Source: Candidatus Avimonas caecicola (lineage in GTDB: Bacteria > Bacillota > Clostridia > Oscillospirales > Acutalibacteraceae). Taken from it: a stretch of 64,000 bases of DNA. This document shows, piece by piece, positions 52,388 to 62,118 of this stretch. Below the pieces are notes generated by a model. That model did not search any database. It had not been told where the DNA came from and saw nothing but the letters and a program-made list of their open reading frames with translations. The position numbers and the translations under genes were made by a program. Every line of letters begins with the position of its first letter. Position 1 is the stretch's first letter. The stretch covers positions 24,039 through 88,038 of the forward strand of contig CAJFTG010000002.1 in the NCBI GenBank assembly GCA_904419875.1. The letters are read 5' to 3'.

Positions 52388-53248
52388 TCAGCCTTCCTCC
52401 GGCACCAGGTCGTTGGCCAGCATCCGCAGGTCGTCCTGCGAATAGAACTCGATCTGGAGAAGCCCGCCCTTCTTCCCTTCGCTGACCCGCACCTTCCGGC
52501 CCAGGTGTTCGGTGAGGGAAAGCTCCACCTCATCGTAAAAGCTGACGCGGGAGAAGGCCGTCTCGGCCGGGCGTTCCCGGGTTTTTTTGGCCGCTTTCGC
52601 CCGTTTCTCCAGCTCCCGCACCGACAGGCCGCCCTGGAGGGCCGCCTGCGCCGCGGCGAGCTGCTCCTCCTCCCCGTTGAAGGCGAGGACCGCCCGGGCG
52701 TGGCCGGCCGAAAGCTTCCCTTCCGCCACCAGGTCGGCCACCGGCCGGGGCAGATGGAGCAGCCGCAGGGCGTTGGCCACCGCCGGCCGGGATTTGTTCA
52801 CCGCCTGTGCCGTCTCCTCCTGTGTCAGGCCGTAACTTTCCATCAGGGTCTTGAAGCCCTGCGCCTCCTCCATGGGGTTGAGGTCCTCCCGCTGCAGGTT
52901 TTCGATCAGCGCCAGCTCGGCGGCTTCGCGGTCGGTCATCTCGCGGACGACCACCGGCACCTCGGTCAGCCCGGCCATGCGGGCCGCCCGCCAGCGCCGC
53001 TCCCCTGCCACCAGCTGGTAGTGCCCGTCGCTCAGCGGCCGCACCAGCAGGGGCTGCAGCACGCCGTGCTGGGCGATGGAGGCGGAAAGCTCGGCCAGCG
53101 CCTCCTCGTCAAACTGCTTGCGGGGCTGGGCGCGGTTTGGCTCGATCTCCGCGATTCGCAGGGAAACCGTTTTTCCCTGCTCCTCCACCGCGTTTTCCGC
53201 CAACAGTGCCTCCAACCCCTTGCCCAATCCGCCTTTTTTCGTCGCCAT
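52388..53248 (-). CDS. parB: Chromosome partitioning protein ParB (Spo0J)
   Basis: MATKKGGLGKGLEALL...IEPNRAQPRKQFDEEALAELSASIAQHGVLQPLLVR...YQLVAGERRWRAA...ALIENLQREDLNPMEEA. Confidence 0.93.
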   Translation of the reverse strand: MATKKGGLGKGLEALLAENAVEEQGKTVSLRIAEIEPNRAQPRKQFDEEALAELSASIAQHGVLQPLLVRPLSDGHYQLVAGERRWRAARMAGLTEVPVVVREMTDREAAELALIENLQREDLNPMEEAQGFKTLMESYGLTQEETAQAVNKSRPAVANALRLLHLPRPVADLVAEGKLSAGHARAVLAFNGEEEQLAAAQAALQGGLSVRELEKRAKAAKKTRERPAETAFSRVSFYDEVELSLTEHLGRKVRVSEGKKGGLLQIEFYSQDDLRMLANDLVPEEG

Positions 53249-53272
53249 AACCGTTCCTCCGTCGCTTTCCCC

Positions 53273-54040
53273 TTATTTTTTGCCAATAAATTCCGCGGCC
53301 AGTGCCTCATAAGCCTGCGCCCCGCGGGAGCTGCGGTCATAATAACAGATCGGTTTGCCGAAGCTCGGCGCCTCCGACAGCCGCACGCTGCGGGGGATGG
53401 CGGTCGCGTACACCTTGCGGGGGAAGAACTTCTTCACCTCCGCCACCACCTGCTGGGTGAGATTCAGCCGCCCGTCGTACATGGTCAGCAGCACGCCGTC
53501 CAGCTCAAGCTGGGGGTTATACAGCCGCTTGACCTGCCGGACCGTCGCCATCAGCTGAGACAGGCCCTCCAGCGCGTAGTATTCACACTGGACCGGCACC
53601 AGCAGCGTGTCCGCCGCACACAGGGCGTTCAGCGTCAGCAGACCTAACGACGGCGGGCAGTCGATAAAGATATAGTCGTAACGGTCCCGCAGCGGCGCGA
53701 GAACGGCAGTCAGCCGGTTTTCCCGGCGGTTGAGATCCACCATCTCAATCTCCGCTCCGGCCAGCCGGATGCCGGAGGGAAGCAGGTCCACGTTTTTATA
53801 CGCGGTGTGCAGCAGCACCTTCTCCGGCTCCGCCGTGCCGATCAGCAACTCATAGGTTGACTGCGCGGCGTCCCGCTTGTCCACGCCCAGGCCGCTGGTG
53901 GCGTTCCCCTGCGGGTCCACATCCACCAGCAGGCAGCGTTTTCCCGCGGCTCCTACCGCCGCCGTGAGGTTGACGGCGGTGGTGGTCTTCCCCACCCCGC
54001 CCTTCTGGTTCACGACCGTGACAATCTTCCCCATCTGCAT
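53273..54040 (-). CDS. parA: Chromosome partitioning ATPase ParA (Soj)
   Basis: ATG at 54040, 6 nt after GGGGAAAGG (alternative at 54034). Deviant Walker A VVNQKGGVGKTTTAVNL. Confidence 0.93.
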   Translation of the reverse strand: MQMGKIVTVVNQKGGVGKTTTAVNLTAAVGAAGKRCLLVDVDPQGNATSGLGVDKRDAAQSTYELLIGTAEPEKVLLHTAYKNVDLLPSGIRLAGAEIEMVDLNRRENRLTAVLAPLRDRYDYIFIDCPPSLGLLTLNALCAADTLLVPVQCEYYALEGLSQLMATVRQVKRLYNPQLELDGVLLTMYDGRLNLTQQVVAEVKKFFPRKVYATAIPRSVRLSEAPSFGKPICYYDRSSRGAQAYEALAAEFIGKK

Positions 54041-54066
54041 GCCCTGCCTTTCCCCGGATTTTCCGT

Positions 54067-54642
54067 TCACTTCCGCGCGGCGTCCCGAAAGTCCCCCCGG
54101 TGCCCGGACGCCGCGCCGCCGGCCCCTTCGCCGTTGTCGAAGAAATAGATATCCCCCGGCGTGCCGTCCTCATATTCCGTGCCGGGGACCGCCGTTTCCA
54201 GCCGGTAACGGCCGCCGGTATACTCCCGGATTACGGCGTCCCAAAAACGGACCGAGGCGCTGTTCGCGGGGTGCCGCTTCACCTGCCACCGGCCGCGGAA
54301 ACGGTCAAAAAGCGCCCGGGCGGCGGTTCTTCCTACGCCCCGGCGGCGGTATTTAAACAACACAAAAAACTCCGCGAGGGTGTAATCCGTCGGTTCGGCC
54401 GCCTCCGGGAAGTCGTTCACCATGGCGAAGCCGGCCAACCGGCCGTCAGCCAAAAGGAAGTAAGCCCAGCGGTTTTTCTCCGTCCAGTAGCAGTCCAGAT
54501 AATCGTAACCGTAAAGCCCCAGGGCGTTGACATCCCGGCCGTCCCACTGGCTGAACTCATAGGCATACTTCTCCAAAAGGTTACGAAGGATCTCCTTCTC
54601 TTCAGCGGCGGCCAGGCGAAGGGTAATCTGCATCTTCCGCAT
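54067..54642 (-). CDS. GNAT-family acetyltransferase-like protein inserted between noc and soj
   Basis: 191 aa. ...EILRNLLEKYAYEFSQWD...AYFLLADGRLAGFAMV...FFVLFKYRRRGVGRTAARALFDRF is a GNAT-like core. It ends 26 nt before the soj start. Confidence 0.7.
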   Translation of the reverse strand: MRKMQITLRLAAAEEKEILRNLLEKYAYEFSQWDGRDVNALGLYGYDYLDCYWTEKNRWAYFLLADGRLAGFAMVNDFPEAAEPTDYTLAEFFVLFKYRRRGVGRTAARALFDRFRGRWQVKRHPANSASVRFWDAVIREYTGGRYRLETAVPGTEYEDGTPGDIYFFDNGEGAGGAASGHRGDFRDAARK

Positions 54643-54808
54643 CCTTTCCGTTTTTTTCCGACCGGCCCCTTTAGACGGGGCGACCGACGGTATCGCGGCT
54701 TGTTTTTTATTATATCACAATCCATGGGGAGGGAAAAGGGGCAATTTTCAAAAGCGAGCGGAGGCGGCAGGCGGAGGTGGAGGCGCGGGATGGAAAAGGG
54801 CAGGGGGA

Positions 54809-54824
54809 TGTTTCACATGAAACA
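54809..54824. promoter_or_regulatory. parS site TGTTTCACATGAAACA embedded in a 38-bp palindrome (54798..54835) that may also terminate noc transcription
   Basis: 15/16 match to the Firmicute parS consensus TGTTTCACGTGAAACA. The flanking arms gggcaggggga / tccccctgccc extend the stem to 18 bp. The minus strand then continues with TTTTCC. Confidence 0.75.
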
Positions 54825-54952
54825 TCCCCCTGCCCTCCTGTCTCCTTCCCTTCTTCCTCCTGTCCCCTCCTGCCCCCGGATTTTACCCCGTCCAAGCAGA
54901 AAGCGGGAATCCGCCCTCTGTGTCTTCGATGCTTTCCTGCCCCTTCTGCCCC

Positions 54953-55855
54953 TCAGGCAGTAAAATTCTCCTTATGCGGCAGGGCAAAGGCCGGCGCGCC
55001 CGTTTTTACCGCTGCCGGCGAAGGCCGGCATCCGCGCCGGTTCCTCTCCTCCCCTTTGGGAATACGGACCAGGTACTCAATAAAGTCGTCGGTTTCCGTC
55101 TTTTCCGCACTTGCCTCGATACCCGAACGGCGCATGGTGTCCACCGCGTTGTTGACGGTGTTCAGGAACAGCCGAATATCCCGTACCAACGGGAGGGGGC
55201 GTTTCGGCTTTTTCTTCTGCCCGCCCGTGCCGCGGAGCATCTCCTCCACAAGCCGGTCGCTCTGCGCGGCGTTCAGCTTCCCCTCGATTATCCGCCCGAG
55301 GGCGGCTTGTCTCTGTTCCGGTTCCGTCAGGCGGAGCAGGGCGCGCGCGTGCCGCTCAGTCAGCCCGGCATCCAGAATGGCCCGCCGCTCCGAGGGCTCC
55401 AGACGCAAAAGGCGCAGATGGTTGGCGACGGTCGGCTGGGAACAGCCGAGCCGGTTTGCCGCCTCCTCCTGTGTGAGGCCGTAAACGGTAATCAGCCGCC
55501 GGATGCCCTCAGCCTCCTCAAAGCAGTTCATGTCTTCCCGCTGGAGATTCTCAATCAGGGCAAGCAGGGCGGAACGGGATTCGTCTGCCTCCACTTCCAG
55601 GCAGGGAATTTCACGGATGCCGGCGATTTTGGCCGCCCGCAGCCGCCGTTCCCCTGCCACCAGGATGGGTTTTTCCCCTTCGAACCGGATACTGACCGGA
55701 TGGATCATCCCGTTTTCCCCAATGCTCTGCGCCAGTTCCAGCAGCTTTTCATAGCTGAAGTCCTTTCGCGGCTGATCGGGATTCGGCTGGAGGTCGCCGG
55801 TGGGAATCATGAGAACCCGGCCCGTGGTTTTGTATTTTTGTTTGAACATCCGCAT
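54953..55855 (-). CDS. noc: ParB-like nucleoid occlusion protein (Noc-type Spo0J paralog)
   Basis: DLQPNPDQPRKDFSYEKLLELAQSIGENGMIHPVSIR...LVAGERRLRAAKIAGIREIPC...ALIENLQREDMNCFEEAEG...LGCSQPTVANHLRLLRL. It sits between rsmG and soj, as in other Firmicutes. Confidence 0.8.
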   Translation of the reverse strand: MRMFKQKYKTTGRVLMIPTGDLQPNPDQPRKDFSYEKLLELAQSIGENGMIHPVSIRFEGEKPILVAGERRLRAAKIAGIREIPCLEVEADESRSALLALIENLQREDMNCFEEAEGIRRLITVYGLTQEEAANRLGCSQPTVANHLRLLRLEPSERRAILDAGLTERHARALLRLTEPEQRQAALGRIIEGKLNAAQSDRLVEEMLRGTGGQKKKPKRPLPLVRDIRLFLNTVNNAVDTMRRSGIEASAEKTETDDFIEYLVRIPKGEERNRRGCRPSPAAVKTGAPAFALPHKENFTA

Positions 55856-55981
55856 ACCGACACGTCCCTTTCCTAAGGTGAATAGGTCCCGCAGTGTCAG
55901 TATAGCATGGAAGACATTTCCTGTTTTGTCGGATGCCGTTGTCGAATTTCCGCATGTCGGCGGGCAATTTCCCGCCGCCTG

Positions 55982-56710
55982 TCAATGCAGCGGGCCCTGC
56001 TTGGCGATTTTTGCCGAGGGGCGGGGATATTTCGGCGGGGTTGACGACACTTTGTCGACAGAAATCAGCAGCCTCTCCAGCGTTTCCTCCCCCTTTTCGC
56101 CGGGCAGCGCCGTCCGAATGCGCCGGCCTACCCGCCCGCCGAGCTGTACGGCCGCGGGAGCCGCCGCCGCGGCCTCCGCCTCCCCGTCCGGCCCTTTCAT
56201 CGCCCAGAAAACGCCGCCCGGTTTCACAAAGGGCAGGCAGTATTCGCATAGGGTCGGCAAGGCGGCCACCGCGCGGGCAGCCGCCACGTCAAACTGCTCC
56301 CGCAGAGCCGGCTGCCTTCCTCCCTCCTCGGCCCGCGCGTGTATAAGCGAGACGGGGACGGCAAGGGCGGTGCAGAGCTCCCGGAGAAAGAGCAGCCGCT
56401 TATTGAGGCTGTCTAGCAGGGTCAGCTCCATCCGCGGGCAGGCCAGCGCCAGGGCGACGCCGGGAAAGCCGGCTCCCGTTCCGACGTCGATCAGGCGGAA
56501 CGCCGTCTCGGGCAGAAGGGGAAGAAGGGTCAGGCTGTCCACAAAATGTTTGCGCACAATCTCCTGCGGCGAGGTAATCGCGGTAAGATTCATTTTCTGG
56601 TTCCACTCCACCAATAGCGCCGCATAGCGGTCAAAGCGGTCCAGCATATCGCCGGTCAGCGCGACCCCCTGCTCCGCTGCCTGCCGCTGCAGGCTGTCCC
56701 GGTCAATCAC
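55982..56710 (-). CDS. rsmG: 16S rRNA (guanine527-N7)-methyltransferase RsmG (GidB)
   Basis: The GTG at 56710 follows AAAGGAGAAAGGGGG and overlaps the mnmG stop (GTGA). YAALLVEWNQKMNLTAI...LIDVGTGAGFPG motifs. 242 aa. The ORF-track extension to 56866 lies inside mnmG. Confidence 0.9.
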   Translation of the reverse strand: MIDRDSLQRQAAEQGVALTGDMLDRFDRYAALLVEWNQKMNLTAITSPQEIVRKHFVDSLTLLPLLPETAFRLIDVGTGAGFPGVALALACPRMELTLLDSLNKRLLFLRELCTALAVPVSLIHARAEEGGRQPALREQFDVAAARAVAALPTLCEYCLPFVKPGGVFWAMKGPDGEAEAAAAAPAAVQLGGRVGRRIRTALPGEKGEETLERLLISVDKVSSTPPKYPRPSAKIAKQGPLH

Positions 56711-58710
56711 CGTGTTCCCCCTTTCTCCTTTAACTCCGTTATCTCTCCTGTTTCCCCGGTCTTCCCAAGCTTCCCGTTCATTCCGTTCTTCTCTTTTCCC
56801 CGTTCCTGTTCCTCCGCGGCGTCCGGGTTTATAGCCCCGCACTGCGCCCTTCCGCTGCTCAGCCACACCAGAAGGACCGAAATATCTGCCGGGCTGACGC
56901 CGCTGATGCGGGACGCCTGCCCAATGCTGCGGGGGCGCACCCGGTTCAGCTTCTCCTGTGCCTCCCGGGTCAGGCCAGTGATGCGGTCGTAGGCGATGGT
57001 CTCCGGGAGCAGGCGGCTTTCCAGGCGCCGCATCTCCTGGATGGCGCTTTCCTGCCGGCGGATGTATCCCTCGTACTTCAGTTCCACCTCCACCTGCTCC
57101 CGGACCAGCGGGTCGAGGGGCGGCCGGCCGGTGTCCACCGTCGTCAGCTTCGTATAATCCAGCTGCGGACGGCGGAGCAGCTCTTCCAGCCGGACGCCGG
57201 TAGTCACCGGCGTTGTTTCACATGAAACAAGGAGTTCATTCAACGCCGGGTCGGGCGGCAGAACGGTTTCCCGCAGCCGGCGGCGCTCCTCCCGCTTCTG
57301 CTCCTGCCGGGAGGTAAAATGCGCCCAGCGGCTTTCGTCCACCAGCCCCATTTCCCGACCGACCGGCGTCAGGCGCTCGTCCGCATTATCCTGCCGCAGC
57401 ACCAGCCGGTACTCTGACCGGGAGGTCATCATCCGGTAGGGATCGGTGCAGCCCTTGGTCACCAGATCGTCCACCAGCGTGCCGATATAGCTGGAGGCGC
57501 GGTCCAGCCGCATGGCGGACAGCCCCTTCGCCTTCCGTGCGGCGTTGACGCCCGCCACGAGCCCCTGCGCCCCCGCTTCCTCGTAGCCGGAGCTGCCGTT
57601 GAACTGACCCGCGCCGTATAGCCCGGGCAGATCCAGGAATTCCAGGGTGGCGTCGAGCTGCAGCGGGTCGCAGCAATCGTATTCGATCGCATACGCGGGC
57701 CGCATCACCTTGACCTGTTCCAGGCCGGGGATGGTGCGGAGGAAGGCAAGCTGCACATCCACCGGCAGGGAGGAGGAAAGCCCCTGCAGATACATCTCGT
57801 CGGTGTGAAGCCCGCAGGGCTCCACAAAAACCGGATGCCGCTCTTTCTCCGCAAAGCGTACCACCTTATCCTCGATGCTCGGGCAGTAGCGCGGGCCCAC
57901 CCCCTCAATCTTCCCGCCGTACAGGGGGGACCGGTGAAGGTTGGCGAGAATCACCGCCTTGGTTTCGGGCGTGGTCCAGGTCATATGGCACACCTCCCGG
58001 TTCTCCAGCACCCCACCCGTCTCAAAGGAAAAGGGCACCACCGGGGTTTCCCCCTCCTGCCGCTCCATCCGGGAGAAATCCAGGCTCGACTTCAGCACCC
58101 GCGCCGGCGTCCCGGTCTTGAACCGGCGGAGGGACACGCCCAGCGCCCGCAGGGAGCCGGTCAGCCCGGTCGCAGCGAACAGGCCGTCGGGCCCGCCGTC
58201 GTAAGAAACGTCGCCCACAAAGATCTTCCCCTGCAGAAAGGTGCCGGTGGCAAGGATGACGGTGCGGGCGACAAACTCCTCTTCCAGCCGGGTGATCAGC
58301 TTCCAGCGGCCGTCCTGCCGTTCCAGCGCGGTCACCTCCGCCTGATGAATGTCCAGCCCCGGCGTGCGTTCCAGCGTGCGCTTCATATACGCGGAATATT
58401 CCCGGCGGTCGATCTGAGCGCGCAGGGAATGCACTGCCGGCCCCTTCCCGCGGTTCAGCATCCGGGACTGCAGGAAGGTGGCGTCCGCCGCCTTCCCCAT
58501 CTCGCCGCCCAGCGCGTCAATTTCCCGCACCAGATGGCCCTTCGCCGTTCCGCCGATCGAGGGGTTGCAGGGCATATTCCCCACCCAATCCAGGTTGATG
58601 GTAAACACCGCCGTCGAGCAGCCCATCCTCGCCGCGGCAAGCGCGGCTTCGATGCCCGCATGTCCCGCGCCAACTACGGCCACTTCATAGCCGCCTGCAA
58701 AAAATCTCAT
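56707..58710 (-). CDS. mnmG: tRNA uridine 5-carboxymethylaminomethyl modification enzyme MnmG (GidA)
   Basis: ATG at 58710. YEVAVVGAGHAGIEAALAAARMGC FAD motif, followed by a full-length GidA-like sequence. There is a Lys/Glu/Gly-rich C-terminal tail of about 40 aa. Confidence 0.95.
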   Translation of the reverse strand: MRFFAGGYEVAVVGAGHAGIEAALAAARMGCSTAVFTINLDWVGNMPCNPSIGGTAKGHLVREIDALGGEMGKAADATFLQSRMLNRGKGPAVHSLRAQIDRREYSAYMKRTLERTPGLDIHQAEVTALERQDGRWKLITRLEEEFVARTVILATGTFLQGKIFVGDVSYDGGPDGLFAATGLTGSLRALGVSLRRFKTGTPARVLKSSLDFSRMERQEGETPVVPFSFETGGVLENREVCHMTWTTPETKAVILANLHRSPLYGGKIEGVGPRYCPSIEDKVVRFAEKERHPVFVEPCGLHTDEMYLQGLSSSLPVDVQLAFLRTIPGLEQVKVMRPAYAIEYDCCDPLQLDATLEFLDLPGLYGAGQFNGSSGYEEAGAQGLVAGVNAARKAKGLSAMRLDRASSYIGTLVDDLVTKGCTDPYRMMTSRSEYRLVLRQDNADERLTPVGREMGLVDESRWAHFTSRQEQKREERRRLRETVLPPDPALNELLVSCETTPVTTGVRLEELLRRPQLDYTKLTTVDTGRPPLDPLVREQVEVELKYEGYIRRQESAIQEMRRLESRLLPETIAYDRITGLTREAQEKLNRVRPRSIGQASRISGVSPADISVLLVWLSSGRAQCGAINPDAAEEQERGKEKNGMNGKLGKTGETGEITELKEKGGTR
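57214..57229. promoter_or_regulatory. Second parS site TGTTTCACATGAAACA, inside the mnmG coding sequence
   Basis: The 16-mer is identical to the site at 54809..54824 and encodes ...VSCETT... of MnmG. Confidence 0.7.
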
Positions 58711-58774
58711 CCTGTCGCTCCCATCCCTGTCGGCCCGCACCGCCCGGCGGGCTGTTTCCTCGCCGTTTTCCACC

Positions 58775-60151
58775 CTATTTGCCGACGCAGAAACGGGCGA
58801 ACACCTCATCCACCACCGCTTCGGTCGTCCTCTCCCCGGTCAGCTCCAGCACGGCCGAGAGCGCCCCATCAATACTCACCCCGACCGCGTCCAGGGTCAG
58901 CCCCGCCCGCAGCGCGGCCAGAGCCTCCTCCAGGCAGCATAGGCAATCGGCGGCACAGCGCCGCTGCCGTTCATTGGCCAGCAGAGGTTCCGTCCCATTG
59001 ATGCCGTTCAAACCCACAGCCTTCCGCACTGCCTGTTCCAGCTCCGCCATCCCTTCGCCATCCCGCGCAGAAATCACTACGGTTTGTTGAAATAATGACC
59101 TAATATACTTATCGTCAATTTTTAGGCCCAAATCTGTTTTATTAATCACCGCAACCGCATTCTGGCGGCAGGCCGCCTCTGCCATGCGGCGATCGTCCCC
59201 GCTCAAAGGGCGGGAGCCGTCGAACACCGCGAGCAGCAGGGCGGCGGTCTCCATTCGGGACCGGGCACGGCGGACGCCGATGCTCTCCACCTCATCCTCC
59301 GCGGCGCGCAGGCCGGCGGTGTCCGCCAGCCGCAGCAGCACATCCCCCAGCCGCACGGTTTCCTCCACCACGTCCCGGGTCGTGCCGGCGATCGGGGTGA
59401 CGATGCTCCGCTCACACCCGGCCAGCCAGTTCATCAGGGTGGATTTGCCGACGTTCGGGCTTCCCACAATCACGGTGTCCACCCCTTCGCGGAGCACCCG
59501 CCCCGCGTCGTAGGTGTCCAGCAACCCCCGTATGGCATCCCGCGCGGACGAAAGCCGCGGCGCCAGCGCCTCCGGGGTAAGGTCGGGGATATCCTCGTCC
59601 GGATAATCCACATAAGCGGACAGGGCGGCCGCCGCGCCGAGGAGGTCGTTTTTTATCCCTTCCAGCTTCCGATAGACCGCGCCCTCCCTCGCTGCCAGCG
59701 CGGTCTTGGCGGCCAGCCGCCCGTTTGCCGCAATCAGGTCCATCACCGCTTCCGCGCGGGTCAGATCCACCTTCCCGTTCAGGAAAGCGCGGCGGGTGAA
59801 TTCCCCCGCTTCCGCCGGCCGGGCGCCCGCATCCAATACCGCCCGCAGGACGCGCTGCAGAAGGTACAGCCCCCCGTGGCAGGAAAGCTCCACCACCTCT
59901 TCCCCTGTATAGCTGTGGGGCGCGCGGAACACCAGGGCCACACACTCGTCGATTTCCCCATCCCGGTCGACCACCCGGCCGTACAGCGCGGCATACCCCG
60001 GCAGGTCGGACAGGCGGCGGGTCCGCGAGGCGGGGCGGAACACCTTTTCCGCCACCGACGCCGCGCCCGCGCCGGAAATCCGGATTACTCCCAGCCCCGC
60101 GGGGGCCAGCGGGGTGGAAATCGCGGCAATAACCGGGAACTGATTACTCAT
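58775..60151 (-). CDS. mnmE: tRNA modification GTPase MnmE (TrmE)
   Basis: 458 aa. IAAISTP...G(L)GVIRISG, G-domain GSPNVGKSTL and the C-terminal FCVGK motif. AGGAGAGGG SD. Confidence 0.95.
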   Translation of the reverse strand: MSNQFPVIAAISTPLAPAGLGVIRISGAGAASVAEKVFRPASRTRRLSDLPGYAALYGRVVDRDGEIDECVALVFRAPHSYTGEEVVELSCHGGLYLLQRVLRAVLDAGARPAEAGEFTRRAFLNGKVDLTRAEAVMDLIAANGRLAAKTALAAREGAVYRKLEGIKNDLLGAAAALSAYVDYPDEDIPDLTPEALAPRLSSARDAIRGLLDTYDAGRVLREGVDTVIVGSPNVGKSTLMNWLAGCERSIVTPIAGTTRDVVEETVRLGDVLLRLADTAGLRAAEDEVESIGVRRARSRMETAALLLAVFDGSRPLSGDDRRMAEAACRQNAVAVINKTDLGLKIDDKYIRSLFQQTVVISARDGEGMAELEQAVRKAVGLNGINGTEPLLANERQRRCAADCLCCLEEALAALRAGLTLDAVGVSIDGALSAVLELTGERTTEAVVDEVFARFCVGK

Positions 60152-60254
60152 TGTATATTCCCTCTCCTATAATCCAATTAACCGCACTCCCCTGCCGCGG
60201 TCTGCCCGGCGGAAGAAGGAACGGGCGCTCAAAGCGCGGCGGGGAAACCCAGTC

Positions 60255-60287
60255 AAAAATCCCCGCGTACCAAACCGTACGCGGGGA
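60255..60287 (-). terminator. Rho-independent terminator after the YebC-family gene
   Basis: The minus strand reads tccccgcgtac-ggtttg-gtacgcgggga followed by TTTTTGAC. Confidence 0.85.
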
Positions 60288-60338
60288 CAGCAGCCGGAAA
60301 GCGCCGGCAGGACCCGGCGCCCGCCCCGTTTTCCTTCC

Positions 60339-61085
60339 TTATTCCTCTTCCTCGTCGTCCGGGCGGTCCCAGTTATGCCAGACGTTCTGCACGTCGTCGT
60401 TGTCGTCGAGCATATCCAGCAGCTTTTCCATCTTCTTGACGGCTTCCGGGTCCTCAATCTGGTTGTAAACGTCGGGGACCTGCTCAATTTCGGCGGACAC
60501 GAAGGCGTAGCCCTTGGCTTCGAGGTCGTCCCGCACCCCGGAAAAGTCGGCGGGGTCGGTGGTGACCTCAAACACGTCGCCGTCGGTGGAGAAATCGGAG
60601 GCGCCGGCCTCCAGCGCATCCTCCATCACCTTTTCCTCGTCCAGGCCCTCCGCCTCAATGGCCAGGACGCCCTTTTTCTGGAACAGGAAGCCGACGCAGC
60701 CGGTCATCCCGAGGTTGCCGCCGCATTTGTCAAAATAATGGCGCAGGTCGCCGGCCGTCCGGTTGCGGTTGTCGGTGAGGGTTTCGACAATCACGGCGAT
60801 GCCGCTCGGTCCGTAGCCCTCGTACTGGATGGCTTCGTAATTGTCCGCGCTGCCCTCGCCCATCGCCTTTTTGATAATCCGCTCGATATTGTCGTTAGGC
60901 ACGTTGTTCGCTTTGGCTTTGGCGATCGCATCCTTGAGCTTGGAGTTGCTCGCCGGGTCGCCGCTGCCGCCTTCCTTGACCGCCACGGCGATCTCCCGGC
61001 CCATTTTGGTAAAGATCTTGGCCTTCTGGCCGTCGGTCTTCTCCTTTTTCCGTTTGATATTGTTCCATTTGGAATGTCCCGACAT
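60339..61085 (-). CDS. YebC/PmpR family DNA-binding transcriptional regulator
   Basis: [40 protein letters not shown] is the hallmark N-terminus. 248 aa. Confidence 0.93.
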   Translation of the reverse strand: MSGHSKWNNIKRKKEKTDGQKAKIFTKMGREIAVAVKEGGSGDPASNSKLKDAIAKAKANNVPNDNIERIIKKAMGEGSADNYEAIQYEGYGPSGIAVIVETLTDNRNRTAGDLRHYFDKCGGNLGMTGCVGFLFQKKGVLAIEAEGLDEEKVMEDALEAGASDFSTDGDVFEVTTDPADFSGVRDDLEAKGYAFVSAEIEQVPDVYNQIEDPEAVKKMEKLLDMLDDNDDVQNVWHNWDRPDDEEEE

Positions 61086-61419
61086 GGATCAAAACAGCCC
61101 TTTCGTCATAGAGTAACAGCCCGGCCGCCTTTATTCCCCGCTTTTCGCCGGCGTTCCGGAAAAGGCGGCAGCCAGTTCAGTGTATCACAAACGCCGCCGC
61201 TTGGCAAGGCGGCGGGCGCCTTTCTTTCAACACGCCGGAAAAAAGCCGGCGCCGGCAGCCGCCGGAGACGCTGAGGGAGCCGGTGGGGCCGGAAGGGGCG
61301 GTGGAAGGGATGGTGGAATCGGCGGGAACGGCGGGAAGGGAATCCCGGTCCGGCCGGAAAGCGACCCTTCGCCCGCCGCCGGGCCGGCAGCCCCTGCACG
61401 CAAAGGAGCCTTCCCGGGT

Positions 61420-62013
61420 CTATTCTTCTTTCCTCGCCCTTTCGGCGGCCTGCTGCTTCCGCCGCAGGGATTTCTTCAGCCGGTGGCCCTGCGGCGGAGC
61501 CGTTTCGCCGCCGTCGGAAAAAATCGCCGCGCCGGACAGGTCGAACGTCGGCTCCCGGGACAGGGAAAGCTGAAATTCCCGGCTTTTCATATAGGTGCGT
61601 TCGCACAGCCAGGCGGGAATCATCGCCAAAGGAACCAGCACCATACCGATGTGCCGCCAGACCAGCTTCCAGGTGGAAAGGCCGGGGTCGGTATCGTAGC
61701 CGGAAATCCGCACCGGGAAGGCGCGGCCCAGGTCAAAGGCGATCACCACGATGGCAACGCCCGCCAGGATGGCGACCACCACCCCGATATACCGCCGCTT
61801 TTCCCACACGGTGAACAGGATCACCGCCGCCAGCATCGCCGCGGTGGTGACCAGCAGGGGGACGATGTTGTACGCGTCCTCCGGCCGGCCCAGCTCGGCG
61901 GCCGTGGCGTTGTTCCCAAGCTGGATGGACAGAATGGTCGCTACCTGGAGAATCACATAAAACACCAGGGCGATCCACATGATAACTTTTGCAACCGTTG
62001 CTGCCGTTCGCAT
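61420..62013 (-). CDS. Hypothetical integral membrane protein (4-5 TM helices)
   Basis: Preferred ATG at 62013, 7 nt after GGAGGA; the ORF is open to 62034. MRTAATVAKVIMWIALVFYVILQVATIL... The hydrophobic helices alternate with short loops, and the C-terminal tail is basic. Confidence 0.65.
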   Translation of the reverse strand: MRTAATVAKVIMWIALVFYVILQVATILSIQLGNNATAAELGRPEDAYNIVPLLVTTAAMLAAVILFTVWEKRRYIGVVVAILAGVAIVVIAFDLGRAFPVRISGYDTDPGLSTWKLVWRHIGMVLVPLAMIPAWLCERTYMKSREFQLSLSREPTFDLSGAAIFSDGGETAPPQGHRLKKSLRRKQQAAERARKEE

Positions 62014-62118
62014 AGTCAGTTCCTCCGTTTGCATTCCGGTTGTTTCCTATCCGCAGGCAGGGAGGCCGCGGGGGTTCCGGCCCGGCAGGGGGGTCCCGCC
62101 GGGCCGGCTCCCGCGGCT

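Noticed and set aside
56707-56710. GTGA overlap between the mnmG stop and the rsmG start; also the ATGA and 8-nt and 22-nt overlaps elsewhere.
   Set aside because: This is ordinary translational coupling in compact operons. I used it as evidence for start-site choice, and it is not noteworthy in itself.
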